A DNA stretch of 64,000 nucleotides from Kofleriaceae bacterium. Lineage in GTDB: Bacteria; Myxococcota_A; Polyangia; Haliangiales; Haliangiaceae. The position numbers were made by a program, and so were the translations under genes. Position 1 is the first letter of the stretch, and each line of letters opens with the position of its first letter. The notes under the pieces are model-generated. The model searched no databases. It saw only the letters and a list, made by a program, of their open reading frames with translations, and had not been told where the DNA came from. The DNA lies in contig JASNYD010000006.1 in the NCBI GenBank assembly GCA_048500355.1, positions 352,211 to 416,210 on the forward strand. Direction: 5' to 3'. This document shows positions 50,310 through 61,271 of the stretch, in pieces.

Positions 50310-51104
50310 ATGAGCCGCACCCGCTGGTGGCTGATCGGCGTGATCGCGCTCGCGACCGTGGCGAGCGGCGTCCTGGTCGGCCTGCTGGTCGTCAAGCGCA
50401 TCGAGTCCGGGCAGTGGCAGATGATCTCGAGCGCGGATCTGGTGGAGGTGAAGGCCCGCCTCACCGGCCCGGTGCCGCCGCGGCCCAGCCGCGTCATCTA
50501 CCTGGCGCGCGAGCCGCTGACGTTCACGCCGGGCGTGGACGACGCCGCGCGCGGCCAGTCGAGCGTGGTCGCGGCCAAGGCCGGCAAGCCGATCAAGGTG
50601 CCGGGGTGGAAGGGGACCGCCAAGGGCTGGGGCCAGGTGGTCACCTGCGTCGAGAAGCTGTTCGCGCCGTTCGACGTCGTGGTGACCGACCAGCGCCCCA
50701 CCGGCGACGACTTCGTCCTGGTCGCGGTCGGCGGGCGGCCCGGCGACGTCGGCGAGACCAACAAGCGCGTGGGCGGCCTGGCGCCGTTCTCGGGGGGCGT
50801 GATCCCGCGCGCGGTCGTGTTCGTGTTCTCGACGCAGCTCGGCAACCAGGTGACCCCGGTGTGCGAGACCATCGGCATGGAGGTCGCGCACGCCTACGGC
50901 CTCGATCACGGCTACCTGTGCAAGGACGTGATGACCTACCTCAAGCCGTGCGGGGCCAAGTCGTTCGTCGACCAGGACGTGCCGTGCGGCGAGACCAAGA
51001 AGCGGCCGTGCATGGGCGGCGCCCCCACCCAGAACTCGTACCGGCGGCTGCTCGAGATCCTGGGCCCGGCGCGGCCGGTCCCGGTGGCGGGCCCCGGGCG
51101 CTGA
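50310..51104 (+). CDS. Membrane-anchored hypothetical protein with degenerate metzincin-like motif
   Basis: It has an N-terminal TM helix. [12 protein letters not shown] resembles HExxHxxGxxH with the first His replaced by Met. Confidence 0.45.
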   Translation: MSRTRWWLIGVIALATVASGVLVGLLVVKRIESGQWQMISSADLVEVKARLTGPVPPRPSRVIYLAREPLTFTPGVDDAARGQSSVVAAKAGKPIKVPGWKGTAKGWGQVVTCVEKLFAPFDVVVTDQRPTGDDFVLVAVGGRPGDVGETNKRVGGLAPFSGGVIPRAVVFVFSTQLGNQVTPVCETIGMEVAHAYGLDHGYLCKDVMTYLKPCGAKSFVDQDVPCGETKKRPCMGGAPTQNSYRRLLEILGPARPVPVAGPGR

Positions 51105-51152
51105 CCGACGACGCTGACCGACGACGCCGACCGAAGACGAGCGCCCGGTCAG

Positions 51153-51593
51153 ATCCGGGCTCGGGTTCGGGCTCGGGGCTGCATGACCCGCTCACCCTGA
51201 GCGGAGCCCCGAAGGGGCGGAGTCGAAGGGGCTCGGGTTCGGATTCGGATTCGGGTTCGGATTCGGGTTCGGGTTCGGGTTCGGGTTCGGATTCGGGTTC
51301 GGGTTCGGATTCGGGTTCGGATTCGGGTTCGGGTTCGGGGCTGCATGACCCGCTCACCCTGAGCGGAGCCCCGAAGGGGCGGAGTCGAAGGGGCTCGGGG
51401 CTGCATGACCCGCTCACCCTGAGCGGAGCCCCGAAGGGGCGGAGTCGAAGGGGCTCGGGGCTGCATGACCCGCTCACCCTGAGCGGAGCCCCGAAGGGGC
51501 GGAGTCGAAGGGGCTCGGGGCTGCATGACCCGCTCACCCTGAGCGGAGCCCCGAAGGGGCGGAGTCGAAGGGGCTCGGATCCGGAGCCGGGCT
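51153..51593. repeat. Composite intergenic repeat: five copies of a 60-bp double-hairpin unit plus hexanucleotide (NNTCGG)n arrays
   Basis: The 60-bp unit GGCTGCATGACCCGCTCACCCTGAGCGGAGCCCCGAAGGGGCGGAGTCGAAGGGGCTCGG lies at 51177-51236 and in four perfect tandem copies at 51339-51578. The copies are separated and flanked by 6-bp repeats that are the reverse complement of the 26634 family. Confidence 0.85.
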
Positions 51594-52436
51594 TCAGAAC
51601 GAGCCGCCGAGGACGACGGTGGCGCCGCCGGCCGCGGGCACGACGGCGAGCGACGGCTCGCGACCGCGGTCGAAGGTCAGGTAGCGGACGACGCCACCGG
51701 CGAGGAGCGCGCCGCCGACGCCGGCGACGATCACCGACGTCAGCCGCAGCGAGCGGGCGCGATCCTCGGCCGCGAGGTAGGCGTCGTAGCTCGTCCCCGC
51801 GCACACCGGATCACCGCACTGGGCGGCGCGCGCGCGGGTGTAGAGCACGATCGCCGCGACCTCGGCGACGACGCCGGCGCCCACCAGCGACATGCCGACG
51901 ACGTCGCGATGGAAGCGGCGGGCCCCGGCGTCCGCTGGCGGCATGGTGATCGCGCCGCCCGCGGCCGGACCCCGGACGTCGTCACCGCCCGGCGCGGAGG
52001 CGCCGTCACCGCCGCCGGCGCGTGCGTGCTCGGCGTCGAGGATCGCCTGGCAGGCGTCGACCTCGGCCTGCGCCGCCTCCGCCGCCCTGGGCCCCGGCTT
52101 GCTCTCGAGGAAGCGGGTGAAGTGCTCGATCGCGAGCCGGCAGGCCTTGCGCTCGGCGTGGAGGCGACCGATGACGTAGAGCAGGTCGGGGCGGCCGGTC
52201 TCGGCGTGCGCGGCCACGAACTCGCGCAGCGCGGTGTCGAGGTCGCCGGCCTCGTAGGCGGCGGTGGCGGCGGCCTCGCGGTCGGCCGGCTGGGCGCGCG
52301 CCGGCGTGGCGGAGCTCGCGAGCGCGGCCGTCAGGACGGTCGCCGCGACGACCGCGACCCCCGCGCGCGGCGTGGCCGGATCGTCGACGCGCGGCGCGAC
52401 GGCGGGCGGTGAGCGGCGAGCGACCGGGCGGGACAT
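51594..52436 (-). CDS. Hypothetical secreted/membrane protein
   Basis: It has a signal-like N-terminus and a C-terminal TM helix. The start was chosen at the Met that avoids overlap with the upstream kinase. Confidence 0.4.
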   Translation of the reverse strand: MSRPVARRSPPAVAPRVDDPATPRAGVAVVAATVLTAALASSATPARAQPADREAAATAAYEAGDLDTALREFVAAHAETGRPDLLYVIGRLHAERKACRLAIEHFTRFLESKPGPRAAEAAQAEVDACQAILDAEHARAGGGDGASAPGGDDVRGPAAGGAITMPPADAGARRFHRDVVGMSLVGAGVVAEVAAIVLYTRARAAQCGDPVCAGTSYDAYLAAEDRARSLRLTSVIVAGVGGALLAGGVVRYLTFDRGREPSLAVVPAAGGATVVLGGSF

Positions 52437-52446
52437 CGCGGTCGAT

Positions 52447-54675
<2,229 letters not shown>

Positions 54676-54798
54676 GCCGGAAGGCGGGACACGAGGCGTG
54701 GCCAGACCGCGGCGGCGTGGGTCATCATCTGTCGGCGCGCCACCGACACCGGCGCCTCACCCGCCCGTGGTGAGCGATCGGGCCGGATCACGTCCCGA

Positions 54799-56322
54799 TC
54801 ACGTCGCCGCGCCTGCGCCGGCCTCCCGGATCGCCGCCAGCAGCCCGTCGAGCTCGGCGGCCCCGGCCAGCGGGTTCATGAGCGCGGTGCGCAGCCACAG
54901 GCTCGCGCCGTGCCGCCCGCCCGGCCGCGCGGTGAGGAAGTACCAGCGCCCGGCCTCGAGGCAGCGCCGGCGCAGCGCCGCCTGCAGCTCGTCGAGGGCC
55001 AGCCCCGTCAGCGCCGGTGTCGGGCGGTAGCGGAAGACCACGATGTTGGCATCGGGCGCGGTGGCGAGCTCGAAGTCGGGCGCCGCGGCCAGGCGCGCGG
55101 CCAGGGCCCGGCCGAGGGCGAACACGCGCTCGACGTAGGCGCGGAAGAAGCCGACGCCGCAGGTGCGCAGGCTGGCGTCGAGGATCGTGCCCATCATCCG
55201 CTTGGTGCACTCCATCGTGCGCAGGCCGAGGTTCCACCACTCGCGATCGGGGGCGAACAGGTACGACGCCTCCTGGGCGAAGGCGGCGTAGGCGTGGGCC
55301 TCGTCCTTGTAGAGGACGGCGGTGCACAGGGCGGGCATGGCCAGGAGCTTGTGGGCGTCCCACACCACCGAGTCGGCGCGCTCGATGCCGGCGACCAGGT
55401 GGCGGTGGCGCGGCGACAGCGCGGCGGCCGCGCCGTGGGCGCCGTCGACGTGGAGCCACAGCCCGGCCCGCGCGCAGAAGTCGGCGATGGCGGGCAGCGG
55501 ATCGTAGGCGCCGGTCGCGGTCGAGCCCGCCGACGCCACCACCGCGATCGGCCGGCGACCGGCGGCGACCGCGGCGGCGTGGGCCCGCGGCAGGTCGTCG
55601 GCGCGCATGCGGTAGGCGTCGTCGCACGCGACCTCGACCGCGCCGCCGTCGCCCCAGCCCAGGGCGCGCACCGCGCGCGCCACCGAGTAGTGCGCGGTGG
55701 CGCCGACCAGCGCCGCCAGCGGCGGCCCGGCGTGGGCGCCGCCCCGCCACACGTCGTGGCCGGCGACGACCTGGCGCGCGGCGAGCAGCGCGGTCAGGTT
55801 GCCGAGCGAGCCGCCGGAGGTGAGGAGGCCGCCGGCGGTGGCCGGCAGGCCGAGGGTGCGCGCCATCCACGCGATCACCGCCAGCTCCTGCGGCGTCGCG
55901 GCGCCGCCCATCTCGTAGACCGCCATGCCGTTGTTGAGCAGCGCGGCGGCGGCGTCGGCGAGCGCGGCCGCCGGCAAGGGCGGCGGCACCTGGTGGCCGA
56001 GGTAGCGCGGGTGGTGGAGCCGGATCGAGTCGGTGGCGGTGGCGGCCAGCACCGCGGCCAGCGCGTCGTCGGCGCCGGGGTGCTCGCCGTAGTCGGCGGG
56101 CCAGCGCGCGAGCGCGTCGCCCGGCGGCCGGTAGGGGATGACCGGCCGGTCGTCGGGCGCGGTGGCGGCGGTGGGCACGCAGGCCGCGAGGTGATCGGCG
56201 AGCCCGTCGATGACGCGGTGACCGTCGGCGCGAAAGCGCTCGGGGTCGTAGGCGCGCGCGAGGACGTCGGGGACCGGCCCCGGGAGCGCGGCGTCGTCGG
56301 GGGCGGGGCCGTCGGCGGACAT
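54799..56322 (-). CDS. Group II pyridoxal-dependent decarboxylase
   Basis: It has SVVWDAHK (the PLP-Lys motif) and TSGGSLGNLTAL in an overall fold II decarboxylase layout. Confidence 0.75.
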   Translation of the reverse strand: MSADGPAPDDAALPGPVPDVLARAYDPERFRADGHRVIDGLADHLAACVPTAATAPDDRPVIPYRPPGDALARWPADYGEHPGADDALAAVLAATATDSIRLHHPRYLGHQVPPPLPAAALADAAAALLNNGMAVYEMGGAATPQELAVIAWMARTLGLPATAGGLLTSGGSLGNLTALLAARQVVAGHDVWRGGAHAGPPLAALVGATAHYSVARAVRALGWGDGGAVEVACDDAYRMRADDLPRAHAAAVAAGRRPIAVVASAGSTATGAYDPLPAIADFCARAGLWLHVDGAHGAAAALSPRHRHLVAGIERADSVVWDAHKLLAMPALCTAVLYKDEAHAYAAFAQEASYLFAPDREWWNLGLRTMECTKRMMGTILDASLRTCGVGFFRAYVERVFALGRALAARLAAAPDFELATAPDANIVVFRYRPTPALTGLALDELQAALRRRCLEAGRWYFLTARPGGRHGASLWLRTALMNPLAGAAELDGLLAAIREAGAGAAT

Positions 56323-56567
56323 GCGCCCTAGCCTAGAACACCGGGCGGCTGACGTGCCGGCCGCGGTGCGGCCTTGCGGGCGCCTCCGGCGCGGACGTCC
56401 GATGCTCGCTCCTCGCGTGGGCCCACGACGCGCGTCGTTGCGCTCCGGACGCCCGGCTCCTGCGCCGGCGGGGCGCGCCGGCTCACGCGCCTGCGGGGAC
56501 GGCGGCTCGGCCGGCCGCGCCGGCCCGGCCGGGCGCGCCGCGGTGCCGGCGGTAGTACGATGCCGCG

Positions 56568-57323
56568 ATGGAGCTCGGCCTGGTCGCGACGCTCGCGCTG
56601 TCCGGCGTCGCGCTCGTCGCCGGGCTGCTCGACGGCATCGCCGGCGGCGGCGGCCTGCTCACGCTGCCCGCGCTCCTCCACGCCGGCCTGCCCGCCGACC
56701 TCGCGCTCGGCACCAACAAGGGCCAGTCGGTGTTCGGCTCGGGCGCGGCCCTCCTGCGCTTCGCGCGCGCCGGCCAGCTCGCGCCCCGCCGCAGCGTCAC
56801 CAGCTTCGCCGCCGGGTTCCTCGGCGCCGCCGCTGGAGCCCTCGTCGTGTCCCAGGTCGACAAGGCCGCGCTGCGACCGATCGTGATCGCGCTCCTGTTC
56901 GCGGCCGCGTTCCTGATCGTCCTGCCGCGGCGCACCGGCGCCGCCGCGCCGCGCCGGCCGCTGACGATCGCCGTCACCCTCGCGCTCGCCATCGGCTTCT
57001 ACGACGGCTTCTTCGGGCCCGGCACCGGCACGCTCCTCATCGTCGGCTACATGTGGTTGCTCGCCGAGACCCCGGCGGTGGCCAGCGCCAACGCCAAGGT
57101 CGTCAACTTCGCCTCCAACCTGGCCTCGGTGCTGGCGTTCGCCGCCACCGGCCTCGTCGTGTGGTCGGTGTCGTTGCCGATGGCCGCCGGTCAGTTCGTC
57201 GGCGGTACGCTGGGCGCGCGCATCGTGCTCAGCCGCGGCAGCAACGTCGTGCGCGCGGTCGCGGTCACCGTCGCCCTGGCGATGGTCGCCACCCTGCTCG
57301 TCGACGTGCTGCGCGGGGGCTGA
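56568..57323 (+). CDS. TSUP-family (TauE/SafE) sulfite/sulfonate exporter
   Basis: It has the GxGGG motifs of each repeat (DGIAGGGG, FFGPGTG) and about 8 TM helices. Confidence 0.8.
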   Translation: MELGLVATLALSGVALVAGLLDGIAGGGGLLTLPALLHAGLPADLALGTNKGQSVFGSGAALLRFARAGQLAPRRSVTSFAAGFLGAAAGALVVSQVDKAALRPIVIALLFAAAFLIVLPRRTGAAAPRRPLTIAVTLALAIGFYDGFFGPGTGTLLIVGYMWLLAETPAVASANAKVVNFASNLASVLAFAATGLVVWSVSLPMAAGQFVGGTLGARIVLSRGSNVVRAVAVTVALAMVATLLVDVLRGG

Positions 57324-57639
57324 GCGCGGCGGCGAGCCCCGCGCGCCGCTCGGCCCCGCTACCACCGTGGTGGCGAGCGAGAGAGACGGCCCTTCGACAC
57401 GCCCTCGCTGGCGCGCGGGCGGCTCCCGGCGAACGGCGCCGGCAAGCACTCGACATCACTCGCGCGACGGCCGCGGCTTGTCGGCCTTCGACACGCCCTC
57501 GCTGACGCTCGGGCGGCTCAGGCCGACCGGATAGTGGGCTCGCCGTTCGTTTCCCGCAGTCTCCGACCGCGGTCGGTGAAGAGCTCAGGGCGACCGGGGG
57601 CGAAATGGGTCCGTCCTTGCTCGATGAGACCCCGGATCC

Positions 57640-58080
<441 letters not shown>

Positions 58081-58197
58081 GGAGGCGGGCGCGGCGCCTG
58101 GACCCGACACGGTGGAGGCGGCACGGTGGAGGCGGACTCATTCGGCCGCGGTTGCTTCGCGCTATGCCGCGCCGCGTCACCACACTATAGTCGGGGC

Positions 58198-60223
58198 GAT
58201 GTCGCACGTGCTGACCGACGCCCAGGGCCACGCCGTCAGGGACGAGCCGTGGATCTTCCGCACCTACGCCGGCCACTCCAGCCCGCGCGCCTCCAACGCG
58301 CTCTACCGCGCCAACCTCGAGCGCGGGCAGACCGGGCTGTCGATCGCCTTCGACCTGCCGACCCAGTGCGGCTACTCGTCGGACGCGCCCATCGCGCGGC
58401 CCGAGGTCGGCAAGGTCGGCGTGCCCGTCAACTCGCTCGACGACTTCCACGTGCTGTTCGACGGCATCCCGCTCGAGCGCATGAACACGTCGATGACGAT
58501 CAACGGCACCGCGATGTGGCTGCTCGCCCTCTACGTCGCGCTGGCCCGCGAGCGCGGCGTGGCCGAGGCCAAGCTGCGCGGCACCACCCAGAACGACATC
58601 GTCAAGGAGTACCTGGCCCGCGGCACGTACATCTTCCCGCCCGAGCACTCGCTGCGCCTGGTCGCCGAGACCTACGAGTACTGCGTCGACCGCATCCCCG
58701 AGTGGAACCCGTCCAACGTCTGCAGCTACCACCTGCAGGAGGCCGGCGCCCGGCCGGTGCAGGAGATCGCGTTCGCCCTCGCCAACGCCATCGGCATCCT
58801 CGACCTCATCCGCGAGCGCGGGAAGCTCGACGCCCCGGCGCTCGGCCGCTGCGTCGGCCGGCTGTCGTTCTTCGTCAACGCCGGCATCCGCTTCGTCGAG
58901 GAGATGTGCAAGATGCGGGCGTTCGCCGAGCTGTGGGACGAGATCGCCCGCCAGCGCTACGGCGTCACCGACGAGCGTCTGCGCCGCTTCCGGTACGGCG
59001 TCCAGGTCAACTCGCTGGGCCTGACCGAGGCCCAGCCCGAGAACAACGCCTGGCGCATCCTGCTCGAGGCCCTGGGCGTGACCCTGTCGCGCAACGCCCG
59101 CTGCCGCGCGCTGCAACTCCCGACCTGGAACGAGGCCATGAGCCTGCCGCGGCCGTGGGACCAGCAGTGGTCGCTGCGCCTGCAGCAGATCCTGGCCTTC
59201 GAGACCGACCTCCTCGAGTACCCCGACCTCTTCGACGGCAGCCCGGTGGTGGCCAGCAAGACCGCCGAGATCGCGACCGGCGCCCGCGCCGAGGTCGAGC
59301 GGATCCTGGCCATGGGCGGCGTCCGCGCCGCGATCGACTCCGGCTACATGAAGGGCGCGCTGGTGCAGTCGATGGCCGAGCGCATGACCCGCATCGGCTC
59401 CGGCCAGCAGGTGGTGGTCGGCGTCAACCGCTGGACCGACGCCCTGCCCTCGCCGCTGGTCGGCGGCGACGACGGCGGCGTGTTCAAGGTCGACCCGGCC
59501 GCGGTCGACGACGCCCTGCGCGCCCTCGACGAGACCCGCCGCCGCCGCGACCCGGGCCGGGTGCGCGAGGCGCTGGCCCGGCTGAGCGCGGCCGCGCGCT
59601 CGGGCGAGGCGCTGATGGAGCCGTCGATCGAGTGCGCGCTGGCCCGGGTCACCACCGGCGAGTGGGCCGACGCCCTGCGCGCGGTCTTCGGCGAGTACCG
59701 GGCCCAGACCGGCGTCGACGGCCAGCGCCTCGACCTCGACGAGGCCCGCGCCGCCCGCCTGCGCGCGCGCATCGAGGCCTTCGCCGCCGCCCGCGGTCAC
59801 CGCCCGCGGCTGGTGGTGGGCAAGCCCGGCCTCGACGGCCACTCCAACGGCGCCGAGGTGATCGCGGTCGCCGCCCGCCACGCCGGCTTCGACGTCGTCT
59901 ACTCCGGCATCCGCCTCACGCCCAAGGAGATCGCGCAGAGCGCGGTCGAGGAGGACGCCGATCTGATCGGCGCCTCGATCCTGAGCGGCTCGCACGTCGA
60001 GCTCACCCGCCAGCTCGTCGCCGCGCTCGCCGCCGCCGGCGGCGCCGACATCCCGGTGGTGGTCGGCGGCATCATCCCCCGCGCCGACATCCCCACCCTC
60101 GAGGGCCTGGGCGTGCGCCGGGTGTTCACGCCGTCGGACTACGAGCTGGGCGAGGTCATGGAGCGGATGATGGACGTGATCGAGGGCGGCGGCGCGGCCG
60201 GCGGCGAGGGTCGCCCGGGGTGA
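58198..60223 (+). CDS. Methylmalonyl-CoA mutase family protein (catalytic domain fused to B12-binding domain)
   Basis: It has [20 protein letters not shown]...[11 protein letters not shown] (mutase TIM-barrel) and C-terminal [18 protein letters not shown] (the DxHxxG B12 motif). Confidence 0.85.
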
Positions 60224-61146
60224 CCGCGCTGGTCGACGCCGCGCTCGCCGGCGACAAGCGCGCGATCGCCCGGCTGGTGACCTGCTTCGAGGACGACCGA
60301 CCGGCCGCGGTCGCGACCCGCCGGGCCGCCCTGGCCGCGCTCGACGCCGCCGGCGCCGGCACCGGCAGCGTCGTCGGCGTCACCGGCGCACCCGGCGTCG
60401 GCAAGTCGACGCTGGTGGGGGCGGTCGCCACCCGCCTGGTCGCCGACGATCCGGCGGCGCGGGTGGCGGTGGTCGCGGTCGATCCGTCGAGCCCGCTCAC
60501 CGGCGGCGCGCTGCTCGGCGATCGCACCCGCGTCCGCTTCCCGCCCGACGAGCCCCGCCTCTACTTCCGCAGCCAGGCCTCCGCCGCCGAGCTCGGCGGC
60601 GTCGCCCGCGCCACCCACCAGGCCGTGCGCGTGCTGGCGCGCCTGTTCACGACCGTCCTGGTCGAGACCGTCGGCGTCGGCCAGGGCGAGATCGAGATCG
60701 TGCGCCTCGCCGACCACACCTACCTCGTGCTCCAGCCCCACGGCGGCGACCACGTCCAGTTCATGAAGGCCGGCATCATGGAGGTGCCCGACGCCTTCGT
60801 CGTCAGCAAGGGCGACCTCGACGCCGCCGCCACCGCCACCTACCACGCCCTGGCCGCCAGCCTGCGCCTGGCCGCGCCCGGCGCCGGCGACCGTCCCATC
60901 TACCGCACCAGCGCCCGCACCGGCGCCGGGGTCGCCGAGCTGGCCGCCGCCGTCGCCGCCGCCCCGCGCGGCGGCCTGGTCGCCCGCGCCCCCTACTTCT
61001 TCGAGCGCTGGGTCGCCACCGAGTACGGCCGCGCCGGCCTGCGCCGCCTCGCCGCGCTCGCCCCGTCGACCGCGGCCTACCTCGCCGCCCACGGCGGCCT
61101 CGACGGCGGCCAGGAGGCCTTCGTCGCGGCCGAGGCCGACCGCTGA
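60220..61146 (+). CDS. meaB: Methylmalonyl-CoA-mutase-associated G-protein (MeaB/ArgK family)
   Basis: It has Walker A (GAPGVGKST), a switch region ([15 protein letters not shown]) and NKGD-like SKGD. The GTG start overlaps the mutase stop. Confidence 0.85.
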   Translation: MTALVDAALAGDKRAIARLVTCFEDDRPAAVATRRAALAALDAAGAGTGSVVGVTGAPGVGKSTLVGAVATRLVADDPAARVAVVAVDPSSPLTGGALLGDRTRVRFPPDEPRLYFRSQASAAELGGVARATHQAVRVLARLFTTVLVETVGVGQGEIEIVRLADHTYLVLQPHGGDHVQFMKAGIMEVPDAFVVSKGDLDAAATATYHALAASLRLAAPGAGDRPIYRTSARTGAGVAELAAAVAAAPRGGLVARAPYFFERWVATEYGRAGLRRLAALAPSTAAYLAAHGGLDGGQEAFVAAEADR

Positions 61147-61271
61147 CCTCCAGGCGCCCGGTGTCAGCGGTCGCCGGTCGTCGGCGGTCGGCGGCGCTTG
61201 TCGGCGGGCGGGCGGTCTCATAGATTCGCGCTCTTCCGTGGGGCCGCGGCTCCACCAGGCTGGAGACACCC

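Noticed and set aside
51177-51578. CRISPR array interpretation of the 60-bp repeats.
   Set aside because: The copies are directly tandem with no unique spacers and no cas genes are nearby.
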